A stretch of DNA of 64,000 nt, taken from assembly GCA_905178155.1 (NCBI GenBank), contig CAJINV010000007.1, positions 3,019,151 through 3,083,150 on the forward strand. The letters are read 5' to 3'. The stretch is from Amoebophrya sp. A120. Its lineage: Eukaryota; Protista; Dinoflagellata. Both the position numbers and the translations under genes were made by a program. Shown in pieces: positions 45,324 to 57,500 of the stretch. Each line of letters opens with the position of its first letter. Position 1 is the stretch's first letter. The notes under the pieces are model-generated. The model made no database searches. It saw only the letters and a list, made by a program, of their open reading frames with translations, and had not been told where the DNA came from.

Positions 45324-48300
45324 TCAAAAAGTGTCATCGGAGTGCTCGTCCGGCAACAGCCCCCCGTGCTCGTGTCGCTTCTTCCACAGGGGCTTCTCCT
45401 CGCTGCCGCTTGGTTCCGGCGTGTAGTGAAATTCTTCTTTGATGTTGTGCTTCACATTTTTCCCACTTTCCGAACCATCATTCTCCGACTTTTTCTTATC
45501 CACCTTCTGTCGCTTCGCGCCCGGGTGGCTGCTTTTCTCCAAGTCCAGCAAGCCGCCAGACAACCGCTTCAGCGTTCGCCGCACCGGGCTCATCAGCTTT
45601 TGCACCAACGACTGCCGCGACTGCTGGTCTGGCCAGTGGACCTGTTTTGATGTATGGCGTTGGAGTTTCCATGTTCTGAAGGGTGTCTTGCATGACAAAC
45701 ACCATGCTATGAGAGGATATGTATCTTGCATTACAACCAAGCAACTTTCCCGACCGATTTCGGCGTCTGGCCCGGTGTCTTCTGTCCCTTCTTCCGCAAG
45801 GCGCTCCGGGGCGTGGCCTTCTGCGCCTGCCCGCCGACTCGGCCACGCGAGCGCAGGTAGTCGAAAACCGTTACCGTTTTCGCGTCAAAGGCTTCCCGCT
45901 GCTCGGCGTGCTTTTTCTTCCGGGTTTGCAATTCCTGCAGTTGAGTGTCGTAGCGGTCGAGCGTGGCTTTCGCCTGCTGCAAAGCGAGGAAATTCAGCTC
46001 GTTTTTGCGGGATAAAACGTCCAGGTCGGACTGCAACTGGTCCTGCTCGGCGCGGGCCTCCTCAATTTGCTCTTCCACGCCTGAGTTTCAGGTTTTTTTT
46101 TCGCGTGCGGCAGCGCATAAATCGATTCAATAAACGAAAAGCACCGCGGCCGTGGCTCAAGTGCTTCATCTTCGCTTCTTGAATGCTTCGCTTAGCGCGT
46201 GCTTTAGCTTTGCTTCAGGCGAGCTGCTTCGCTTGAGTCGTGCTTCGCGTAAGCAGTGCGTTGTTCCAGCCGTGCTTCGCTTAAGTGGTGCGCTACTGCT
46301 TAAGTAGTGCGTCGCTTAAGTCGTGCGCCGCTTAAGTAGTGCGCCGCTTACGTCGTGCGCCCCTTCAGTAGTCCTTCTCTTCAGTGGTGTGCATTAGTGG
46401 CGTGCTTCAGAGCTTCGCTCAAGTGCTTCCCTTAAGTGCTTCGCGTAAGTGCTTCGCCTAAGTGCTTCGCGTAAGTGCTTCGCGTAAGTGCTTCGCTTAA
46501 GTGCTTCGCTTAAGTGTTTCGCTTAAGTGTTTCGCTTAAGTGCTTCGCTTAAGTGTTTCGCCTAACTGTTTCGCCTAAGTGTTTCGCCTAAGTGCTTCGC
46601 CTAAGTGCTTCGCTTAAGTGCTTCGCGTAAGTGGTTATGTAGTTCGGTTAAGTAGTTCCCCTAAGTAGTTCACTTAAGTAGTGCGCTAAAGCGATACAAA
46701 AAAAGCGTGACAGCGGCAAGAAACAAAATAAAAAAAGATGAAAATATACGTGTGGCCATCTCCCTTCGCATGTTGACAGCGGCTTTATCCTGCTCGACTT
46801 TCCCCTCGAGTTTCACTACTTCGGCTGCCAGCAGGCATGGTATCAGATGGACAGAACTGGAAACTCAAGTGCTTTTATGTCGCAGCGACAACATCTATTT
46901 GCAGTTCCGCCCCAAGTAAAAATATGGAGTCTTGTGGTAAAACGGTTCCTCCATTACGCTCTAGGAAGTCGCATAAATCACAAATAGAAATAAGTATCTA
47001 TTTTGTAATAGCGCCCTACTGGTACTTCTTGTTCCTACCTCAATGTGTTCTTCACATCTGATACCTTGTGCTTGCTCATAGGCTTTCTCGAAAAACGCGC
47101 CCCTTGGGTTCTGCAACGCTTCCCGTAGACTCTTGTCCGCGCCAATTTCGACCAACGTGGCTTGTGCCTTTGCTTTTCTGGCTTCCAGAGCAGACGGGGG
47201 TAGATTCACACCAGCTCCGCCGCTGTTGCTTCCGCTTGTAGTTTCGGGATTTATTTCTTCGGGTACAGCAAGAGCAGGCTGTTGTTTTTCTTCGTTTTTC
47301 TTCTCTCCACTGTTATTCTTCCAGCTGCAATCATCCGGTTGGGCTTCGTCGGCACAGGCAGCCGCTGGTCCCCTTCCGGTGAAAACCTCGGCGCCATACT
47401 GCTGCACCTCCTGCAGGCTCCGGAGCTTCGTATGCATTTTTCAAAGGCCTTTTCTGTGCTCCTGGTCCTGCTCGTAATTGACTTTGCATCACCTTTTTGC
47501 CTCCAACGAGAAAGAAAAGCTCAAGTACTTACTTATGATCTGCAAAAATTCTTATAACAGTACAGAAGACTTTTGCATTGCAACCCATACTTCTCCCGAC
47601 TCGCCGCAAGCTGCGCGTCTGCGGCTTTCTGCCCCGCGCGGCAGTGCTGCAGCGTCTGCTCGTGTTTGACGAAGCGTCGCTGCGCGTCCCCCAGTTTGTC
47701 CTGCGTCGTGGCCTCTTCGGCTAAGGTTTCGTTTTTCCTCTCTGCCGCCCACTGCAGGCTTTGAGCGGCATCAGCGCGGAACTTCTCGCACACTTCGACG
47801 CCTGGAGGTTTGTTGAACAATAAATCGATTCAATTATCACACCAGCATATTTTGACACAATGTCGCTAGTGGTGCACTTTGATGCAGAAGTAAGATTCAT
47901 TATCATCATCACCATCTCCGTCTTCACAGCCAAACCACAGGAAATACGGCGCGCCAGGTCCTTTCCATTAGCCACCAGCAGCGCGGTTGCAGTCTGGATC
48001 AGATCTCCCACACTTTGGGTTTTGTGCAAGGCAAGCCTTGTCGCTCAAGAAAAGCAGATTCTTCTAAAAAACTAAAACAGAATGATCTTCAGGCGTCTTT
48101 CTGATTTGCACATAAATCTCTACTGCTGTTGTACGCAAGCCCAATGCAGCAGTTCCTTGCCATTGTCTTGCTTTCGCAAGCCTTGGTTGGAGCGGTCGAT
48201 GTTAAACTTTTTTGCGGCGGAATCGAGATGACAAACTCCACTCCCCCCTGGATACAAAACCTCGTGGTGGGATTGGTGTCGCGCTCCGTAAGGTAGTGCC

Positions 48301-49187
48301 GCGGACTCCGGAAACACGGACCTTAGCAGCTCCAGCAACGCAGCACTGGGAAGCTGCGAGGAAGCGGAGGACTGTTCGCCACTGGACGTCGAAGTAACTA
48401 CTTTCGCGCCCTTGGTACCAGTATTCGACGAAGTGGATGAACTGCTGGCGGCAACGGTGGGCCCCGCTATGGAACAAGACGCAGAAACCGGCAGCAAAGA
48501 ACTTGCTCCTGTACAACCACCTTCTTCCGTCACTGCGCCTGCCGGCAGGGCTGTTCCGGGCTGCGACCCGGCCGCGACAAAATCTTCCTTCGAGGATTCG
48601 TCCCGGGGAATGGCAGCCACTACGGCATCCTTGCCTGGAAGCTGATTGTTGCTTTGATCTCCATTTCCTTCCGACGGAGGATGTTGAGCCGCCGCCGGGA
48701 TCTCTTCATCTTGAGCGCCGCTATTGCTACTCCCCTGGTTCATCTCATGAATACAACCCGCACTTTTTACCGGCTTCGGTACTGGTGCCAGCTTTCCCCC
48801 AACTTGCACCGCAGCACAGGTAGACCTGGAAGACGAGGATCTGGTCGCTCTGTAACTGACCAGAACCTGGCTTAGCACGTCCAAAGCCTCGCGCGCCTGG
48901 TCTTCGAACTGATTCTGCCACTTGCCCCGCTTCGCGGAAGGAGGAGCAGGTGCTGTCCCAGTGACGTCACCGTCAGCATCGGCATTGGCGTCTGCAAACT
49001 CGCTTTCGTCTTTCCTCGGTCGTTTCGCGGCCGGTTCTTCAACTACTTGCGGCGCACTCCTTCTACTTGAAACTTCTTCACGATCTTTCTTTGCTGAATC
49101 CGGCGGGGCGCTTCGGAGCTGCGAAGAAATTTCCGGCGACTGCAACGCAATCGCGTCGGGTTTCGTCGGGGTGCACACCATCCTCAC
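45324..49187 (-). CDS. Uncharacterised coiled-coil/low-complexity protein with NLS-like motifs (multi-exon)
   Basis: Exon joins SREK|LRSLQ, EQAQG|LLAAEVV and EMATR|VEEQIEE; PAAKRPRK and AKRQKV motifs. The start is uncertain. Confidence 0.6.
46412..46632. repeat. 13-bp minisatellite G(C/T)TTCGCNTAAGT x17 inside a GT-AG intron (~46081-46748)
   Basis: 17 contiguous units counted; degenerate 16-bp related units at ~46225-46370. Confidence 0.95.
46841..47063. mobile_element. Degenerate introner (223 bp)
   Basis: TATCAGATGGACAGAAC vs rc TATCAGATGTGAAGAAC; flanks CATGG/CCTTG; frame restored. Confidence 0.75.
47431..47589. mobile_element. Degenerate introner (159 bp), TSD CTTCG/CTTCT
   Basis: TATG...CATA ends and a 4/5 TSD; restores SREKLRSLQEV, whereas the GT-AG alternative frameshifts. 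Confidence 0.7.
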
Positions 49188-50163
49188 ACTACGGCTATGA
49201 AGAAAATGGTGCTAGAAGTACTCAGAATAGCAGATCCAAGTGGTTTGTGCACCAAAGTAAAACCTTGAAATAGTGCCAAATCTTGCTTCCAAACACGACA
49301 ACCACAACAGTGTTTGCAAGCGACGCGAATTACCTCGACGGCGCCACGCTGGGAGAAGAAAGGTACATGACAGGCAGCAGATTTATTTTCCAGAAAGAGT
49401 ATACTGAGTGACAAGATTGCAGACGATTCAACCGAATTTATTCAGACAGGATTACCGTGAGTCACAACGATTTTGCTTAATTGCTCACCTCTTTGTTGCT
49501 ACGAAGAAGCTTGGTGTTGATGATGCTGCCAATTTGATTCATTGCGCAACGTAAAACGAATTTATCCTTGACGGCAACTTTTATTGTATCCTACTCTCCA
49601 GACGATGATGGGCACTGCAGTGTGATGTTGTTAAAAGATGAAGTAGTCGGGGTGAAAGCTGACACAGGTGTTCAACTTTCAATTCCTGGCGCTGTATGAA
49701 CAAAGCAGAAGCGGTTTTCAAGACGACGGCCAGCCGCGTCGTTTTCCCGCTCCGACTTGCTCGTTGTATCTTGGTAGACGCATGCGATGTGGATTGCAAA
49801 AAAAGAGTCGATGATGATGTCTATGTCGCGATATTTATCCTTATTTCTTTCTGGCCGAGTCCATTTTGTTGTAGTAGAGGAATGCAGGCATGATGATTGT
49901 TGATTGATTCTGCGAATATCAAAAATATAGAAAGCTTCATCTCACAATAGTGCCACTGCACTGTCTTTGACGATGTACAGAAGGAGCACTTGTACATTTA
50001 TGTCATATGGCATAACATGGGATTTCTATGTCTTCACAAAATTACTACAGTTAGGAACAAAAAAGTAGCGACTAAACAAAGTATTTCCTAATTCATTTTT
50101 CCTTTTTCCCTGTCCGGAAAATTTTTGTAATGCCGACATCTTACTAGCCCGATCAGATGCTCC

Positions 50164-51374
50164 TTACGCCGCCTTCGCTTTTTCGCCACTCATCTGCTTG
50201 TCCTTCTTCGCCCCAAACGTTTTCGCAATCCCCTTGACGATTTCCCGGCCCCAGTAGGCATTCAAAAACGAGAACCCAATGTAGCACGCGGCGATGCTGG
50301 TGCTGATGGGCTGAACGGCTGGGGAGGAATTGTACACGTATTTGTCGACTAACTCCGGCGAGAACGCGTGGATCGATCGCAGCAGGCCGTGCGCCGTGGG
50401 TAGAATCCGGCACAGGAGAAACGCGAAGGCGAAGGCCAGGCCCATGCCGATCCGGAGCACCGCCGGGGTGGGCTTGCCGGTTTCCGTCGCGTGCAATCGC
50501 AGCAGGTTGCGGATGTGGAGAAAAATCGTGGAAAATTCCGCAAGAAAAACGAACCTGATTTGTTGAGTAGGTATTGGTTTCCTCTTCTACAGCGCAAATT
50601 GAAATTCTTCCTCCCGCCAAGTCGTGGCGGCAACTGCATCACAAACGCCAGCAGTTTATCTTCAGAAAAATAGTACATGAACAAAAATCGTACCGGTTGC
50701 AGAAGTGGATATCCGATAGAAGCCGTGCCTGGACCTCGTTCCCGGAATCAACGCTCGGAACCTCGGACAATGGCAAGCCGTTCAGCTGCTGAAAGAGGAA
50801 GAGGGGCGGCAACATGCCGGCGATACCCAGAAAGTGGTGGTAGTATACTTGGTAAAAATACGCCGGTATTTTTTCGCCTTTGCGCAGGTGTTTGTAGATG
50901 TCCAGCGGCATGTAAAGGAGGGAATCGACGACGCAAATGCTCATCATGATGCACCAGATGACGCTAAACGCCAAGAGCTCCAACTGCCAGTGCCGCAGTT
51001 GGCCTGTTGTTATTTTTCGGGTTAGTTGTTGGCGGAATGCCTCGTGGAGAGCACAAGCGTTTCTCAATTACCATCGAAGAAGAGAATTCTTCTTGCGGTG
51101 CAAAAACAAAAACCACCGATAAAGGAAAAACAGTCCTCGTACTCTTATTTCCCCCCGCTCCTTCCAGCGGCACAAGTGAGGGGTAAAACAGCAGTCCGAG
51201 TTCCAGTGTGGACGCCGTCAGCGCGACCCCGAGGTACCAATACGAAGCTGGCTTTTCTCGCCACCCGGTCATCCACAAGACGGCGGCGAACGCGGCGCTG
51301 CAGCCGCCGGCCCCCGCAAGCAGCACGTGCTGGTCGATCCGCCCAGCCGGAAACTGGGCGACCACAGCGTCCAT
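50164..51374 (-). CDS. TLC (TRAM/LAG1/CLN8) domain membrane protein (multi-exon)
   Basis: YYHHFLG, AEFSTIFLHIR, FAFAFLLCRI and FLNAYWGREIVK motifs. Confidence 0.8.
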
Positions 51375-52897
51375 TTTATTAAAATTCAGTTTTTACTCGT
51401 AGGAAGGGAAAATTCACAATGTCCTGGGACAGGTTCTCGAAAAGAACACTACTAGGTGGTCGCGGTCTACGAATCTAGTATTATACGACCTCCTAGTATC
51501 TTCGGAGACGTGTTAACACAAATGACCATTTGCAGCATGAATACATCTACGACGCCCATCTGTAGAAAAGTTAGCTGTCTTTTGGGATGCTACTGCCAGA
51601 TGCGGCATGGTGGAAGAGCAAGGTGACCTAAAAAAGAGTACTTGGCCCTCCAGCTCGGCTCTCACGCGCGCACGCAGTGCGAAAAATTATCAACGAACTT
51701 TTCTTCAACGTGCTTGAGAACGAACGGACATTGCAGGAGAGCTTGGTAAGACGAGAAACAATTGCGCGTCATCGGTTTTATTTTTGCTATTTTTGAAATG
51801 GCTCTCGTGGAAAAGAATTTGCGGTAGTGACAAGCGTGCTAGTCTCAAAATTCTCGCGAGTCAATCGGTCTAGGCCGGCGAAACGGCAACGCAAAACCAC
51901 ATGCATAGCGTCACGCCGCGGCACTACTTTTTTCACCGGATTCCGGCGACCAAAAACAATGGCCCGCTCGCGCAAGCTGCTTTGGCGAGCTCCTGCACGT
52001 TTCGAAAACGGCGCACTATCCGGTTGGCCCGTATTTGGCCGACCCCAGGCCGCGGGTTAAGGCGCAAAGCCGCAAGGACGCCGCCCCGCGGCGCTGCTTC
52101 TTCCTGGCCATATCAAGAAAACTGGTGGCCGCAGCCTGCGGAAGACAACGCGGCGAATTTTCGCGATTTCCAGAAATCGAGAGCGCCACCACCGGCGCAA
52201 GCCGCATCACCTTGGCCGAGTAAAAAAAGGACACATGGTCAACCGGCGTTATCCTCCGTCAGGTTCCGGGCGGCAGCCGACGCAGCCCGCACCGGTGCCC
52301 TCGCGGCGAGCTTCCGGAACCGGCCGGGCCGGGTGTTGCGGGCCCGGCGTTTGAAAAGAAGCACTATGCCTACAGCGGTTGCCGGGCGCTGGTCAAAGCA
52401 GCCCGCCGGTGCGAATCTTACACACCTTTCTAGAAGGCCCTACATCGGACGTCGGGGTCCTGTGGCCGCGGCCGCCCATGCGCTCTGCTACATATTTTAG
52501 GAATTCCTAAAAATCGACCCCAAATCTGCCCGCGTTTCTCTGCTCGGCTTTCCGTGGTCGGAAGAGGATGGGCATACCTTAAAAGTGCTCCACACAGTCT
52601 CAGAAGCGGCCGCACTTCTAAGCCGGATCACCCCTATAAGTATGGGTCTTGTTGGTAAAATTTCCAAATTTTGTAAAATTGGGGAAAATACTGCTCCAGT
52701 GGGTCCAATCGAATTCGGCCGATTAAAAAGGATCATAAAACTATGCTACATACATCTGGTCTCAATGTATTTTACATGTTGGCTTTGTTTATTGACCATA
52801 TTGAAAAATTGGCAATTTTTTGACTTTTCCCAATGTGTGAAATTTTCCAGAAATTGCCTGTGCAATTCCTTGGAATCTTCACAATTTTAGGCAAATT

Positions 52898-53040
52898 TAA
52901 CAATTGTGATGTTGGTGGGGTGCACACCACCAGCGTCACAAATTGTGATGTCTGCGCCTGTAAGAAGATCGATTTTACAGGCGCAGGCGTCACAATTTGT
53001 GGCGCTGGTGGTGTGCACCCCAGCAATACCACAATTGTTA
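52898..53040. repeat. 143-bp near-perfect palindrome in the divergent intergenic region
   Basis: ~66-bp arms (TAACAATTGTG...GGGGTGCACACCACCAGCG...GCGCCTGTAA and its reverse complement) with an ~11-nt loop. Confidence 0.92.
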
Positions 53041-54591
53041 TCAACATCACAAACGAACAAATCAGACTAATTAACTTAGTTGGGACAAAGAACCTTTGTC
53101 CATTTGCAGACTTTTCGTGTTAATTTGTAACCATAATAAGTTTCAGTATTTTTTGATTTTTCGGAATTTTCAAGAATTTGCATTGTGTCACAAAGATTTC
53201 CCGCATAAAATGAAAAAACTGCGCAAATGCATTGTAAAAGGTGTCATGACTCTCATACTTTCTTAATTTTTTTGGAATATCCACTATGTGGTAGGCCGCA
53301 TCTCCCAAAATTTATTTTAATTTTTTTCCAACATGTAGGGCATTTTGCCACAATTTAAGTGGAAAGGAGTTGTGTAATGTCAGGAGAGGATAAAACTATG
53401 CAAATGGATCCAATTTATGCTCGTTTTAGATTGGTTGCGCTGGTCGTTCATAGCGAGCCACTTAGGAACAAAGTTTCATGATTTTACCCAAGGCAGTCTC
53501 TTTTTCATGTGGGTGGTTGTGATTGGATCTGGGCGATGGAAAACCGCTGGAAAACCAGTGCTAGGCTGTTTATCAGTGTTATTCTTTGCCAGCTTTGGGG
53601 GCCTGGGCACCGCCGCCGCCGTCCGTGCAGGCCTCCGGTTTTCGGAGGTGGTGCTGGCCGTGACGCCGCGCGCCAGGCCTTCGCGTCCTGCCGCACTAGC
53701 TTGCGCCCGATGCCCCACGCACTTCCAAGGGGCGGGGCTCAGCCACCCTGGCTCGCCTTCGCATCCCCCGAACGCGCGGCCATTTTTGACGCGAATTGCA
53801 CCGCATCCCGCAAGGGGAAAAGGGCGCGGCCCGGCTGAAAAGGCGCCGCGCTTTGCTGTTTTTAACTGCGCTTCGCTTGCGAGCCGCCCTTGTGCGCTCT
53901 CGGAATTCGCCAAACTGAGCCCGGCGCCCTAGAGGCGGACCTACCAGGCCTCGGCCGATGAAAAAAAGACGCAAAGCAACTGGGCAACTGGGGGCGCGCG
54001 GGGAATCCTTCAAATTGCGCGCCGCCTAGCCAAAAGTGGCGGCGCCGATTGGTCCCCGCCCCACGCCGCAGTTCCGAAGGCCCCGCGCGCCCGGGCGCTA
54101 CTCCCGCCTGCGCCGCCCCCGCTCTGCTTCTCGGGAAGTTTTAGAGTTGGGAAGGCGGTGCGCCTACGATCGGCCTCCGGCGCTTCAGCGAAGGCACGGC
54201 CCAGTAATATCGGCGGGCCGCGACGCTCTTTCGTCCTAAATTTTGGCCTGCCCTTCTCGTGGCGCCGGACGCTTGCGCGCCTAGTTCCGCCACAGCTTTG
54301 CGGTGCGCCCGTGCGTGCGCGAAGCAAGGGCGAGGCCCTCGTACGGTCGCGCTTCGCCGGCTTGCGCGCGCCGCATTTTTTCCCGGGGGCGCAGACAAGT
54401 GATCTGCTTCAGCGCCCTGCTTCCGCCATTCGAAGCGCACCCGCAAAGTTCGTGGCGTGGTGCGGTGTCAAAGCCCTTGTATTCTGCCGCCGCCTTCCGC
54501 TCTATCGGGCAGCGGGCTCCCCCGTTCGGTAGAACCGGGGGAACGCGAGCCACCTCCGCCTTGTGTGTTCCTGTTCCTGCGCTGCGTGGCA

Positions 54592-57500
54592 ATGCTCAAA
54601 CCCCCGAGGGTCTCCGAGTCGCTACACTGCTACCTGATCCAAGAGCTCTGTGAGCGTGTTGCACGCATTCCCAAGGAGAAAAAAAGTATACTACTAGTTC
54701 CCGGCATCGGTATGAAATGTATCCGCGCCCGTGCGACTGCAAGAAGAGAGCACTCACGAGCAGGAGGGGTAGCACAAATAGCTTCTGCACCGAAGGTAAA
54801 AGATGGATCACATATATGCGGCAAAACAAAACTGAATGGCACCATTGCGCAACCCCCGCCGGGAAAACTCGCGCGCGTGCCTTGGCAGAGCGATCGCGCG
54901 CTCTTGGAGAAAGTCGCAGGCGCACTCGGACGTCTGGGTTTCACGCACCGTATCAAAAGGAAAAATCCCCCCTCCCCATATCGAAACGAAGTTTCTGATG
55001 CTGGATTTCCATACCCAAATCAGATTTGTATTGCAGTAGAGGAGTGCAGGCATATGTCAAGCCTCAGTCGAGAGGCTTTGACGTAGGCGCCTAGCATGAC
55101 AAACGTGTATGCTCTAAGCCAAACAGCATGACAAACCGCCCGCAAAATGCGGAAGGCTTTCTGGACTTGCCTTCTTGCAAGACAGACAGGATTTGAGGTC
55201 ACAAATGCGCATCACAAATTTTCAGACGGATACGTTTTCGATATGGGGCGAGGGGATTTTTCCTTTTGATACACCGCCCCCGGATTTCAGAGAATGGCAT
55301 TGTCGTTGCACGCAGTCCCCGGCGCGTCGCCGCGGTCTTCCGGGTCACATCCGTCGCGGAGCCGAAGCGCCGGGTGCCAGTTTCGGAGCTCGAGCAGTGC
55401 TTCTCGCATTCAGGAGTGGCGGAAAGTGGAACGCAGCACGGCCTGGAAGGTTTCCGAGACGACCGAGCCTGCCCAAGGGGTTCTACTTCAAGCTCTGCCA
55501 GTACTGCTCCCGATGAATCTGCCGTCACCATTTGGGACTGCACCGTTGCGGCTGATCGCGTGCGGTACTTGTCTTCGGGCGAATTGCAGCTCTACCTCGC
55601 GGCCCACCTGCGGCGGGTGTTGCACCGTCGAGGCCCGGGTGCGGCGGAGCAGGATTTCGGAGTTCAAGCGAATGCGGCGCCAAACGAGAGCACGCCGCGG
55701 CCCGAAAGCGCAGTTTCAGTACAGCTTTTCGGTTCAACATCTGCAACAGACCTCACGCCGGCACGCACTGGCCAGTCGTTTCCAGCGCGACCACCCCGTT
55801 CTAGTGGGACCGAGCAAGAATCCACGGACCCAGCGCCCGCGGTCGCAACTGCCGCGGACCTCGTCCGGCGTCTGATCGGCGCATCCGCGACCTGGCGTGC
55901 AAGTGCGGATGAGCTCGCCGCTGTTGAGAAATCTTTTTCGAGAACGAGGGCAGAGGGACGAGACGCATGTGGTTCTTTCGCCGCGATCAAACAAAAGATC
56001 GGTCGACGGTTGGGTCTCTTTGAAGCGGCCAACTTGCCTTATCGAAACCGGCTCAGCTGCCGGGACGCAGCGAGAGTGCTCGATTGCCTCGCGCGAAGAA
56101 GTGTTGAAATAGATGCGCAAGGGGTTTGCGACCGCGCACTTCTGTCCGCCCTGCAAGCGGAACTGCTGTTTTCCTTCCCCAAGCTGCGACCGCAGGAGAT
56201 CGCGAACGTGTTGTGGGCGACGGGAAAAGTACCGAGCCTCCACGAAAACGCACGTCTGGTCTTCCGCCACGCCTTTCTCGTGGTTTTACCCAACGTGGAG
56301 GTTTTTCAGCCGCGGCACCGTATCTCGGAGGAATAGAGGCAGGCTTGTGCTACGTACTTTATCTTCTATCATGCAGAAAAATGAAAATTGCGAAAAATAG
56401 TTTGCGTATGCACGATCAGGCAGCATCCCAGCACGCGAGACAGAGTCATCTGTTGCATTCTGCATTGTCGCATTTTACATACTGGCCTTTTCCTGAAGGA
56501 TACACGTGGCCAATATCTTATGGAGCTGCGGGGCGGTGCAACACTTGGATCAGCAAGTTTTTCAAAAAATTTTGAACCGGCTGAGGGCATGCTACGACGT
56601 CTCGCAGGAGAGAACAATTACGGGACCACCACCACTTATGGCGTCCGAGGGCAGGAGCGACTTAGATCCACGCTCACGGTGGAACAAGGAGGACACCAGC
56701 TGTCACAAAAACGCAAACTTGCAGGACTTCGCTAATGCCTGCTGGGCGTGCGCGCGGGTGAACCACTTTGATCACTCGTTTTTGAAAGCTGCGCAGCAGA
56801 TGTACCTGAAAGAAGCACGAGGAGGAGCTGCGCCGGTCACAGTTGCTACCTTTCCACTTTCGCCACCAGTTTTGCGAAAACGTGGAATTGCTTCATCGTC
56901 GTCGCGCGGCGCAAGCCTCCAGGAAGCCAGCTCGATCTGCTGGGCGGTAGCGTGTTGTGGTAAAGTCGACGACGAGTTTTGGGTTCACAAGAGGTCACTT
57001 GCGACCCCGGTGCCGGATTTTGTTGACACATCGTTCTTCAGTAGTGTCGCGGATGCACTGGTGCGGGAAGCGCGGCTGGACCGTCCTTCGCTGAATGATC
57101 CTGGCAAGTGCGGCTCTGCAGCTACTGTTATTTTACAAAAACCTGTTATCATCACTCTCCACGCCTTCGCGACGCTTGGACTGTATCACAAACAGTTGGT
57201 TTTCGAAGTCCTGCCGCAGCTAAACGTGGACACCTTCTCACCGCAGGACGTCGCAAACGTGGTCTGGAGCTTGGCGTATTTGATGCAACAAGATGCGGGG
57301 ACGAATGAAAATTCGCGGTGCGCGTGGTCTAATGCAACTTCTCAGGCAGATGTATCGGAAGCTGGTGGGCCAACTGCGTTCAGCGAGCATGGCAGTGAGG
57401 AAGAAGAGAACACAAGACGTTGGCTCCGACCATGGCTGGATGAGTTGGTAGAGCACGCAAGGAAGAGGATTTTCGTCCTGCCACGATGCGAAGAACGCCT

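Noticed and set aside
46412-46632. Possible CRISPR-like array
   Set aside because: Contiguous 13-bp units with no unique spacers, eukaryotic context and no cas genes.
53120-53308. LGDAAY motif reminiscent of a PIF/Harbinger transposase
   Set aside because: 62-aa ORF in AT-rich DNA with no other catalytic motifs; likely chance. An HMM search against DDE_Tnp_4 would settle it.
54711-54816. Possible small introner (TATGAAATG...CATATA, flanks ATCGG/TGCGG)
   Set aside because: Weak TIR, and the frame is open with or without it (111 nt), so it cannot be decided.
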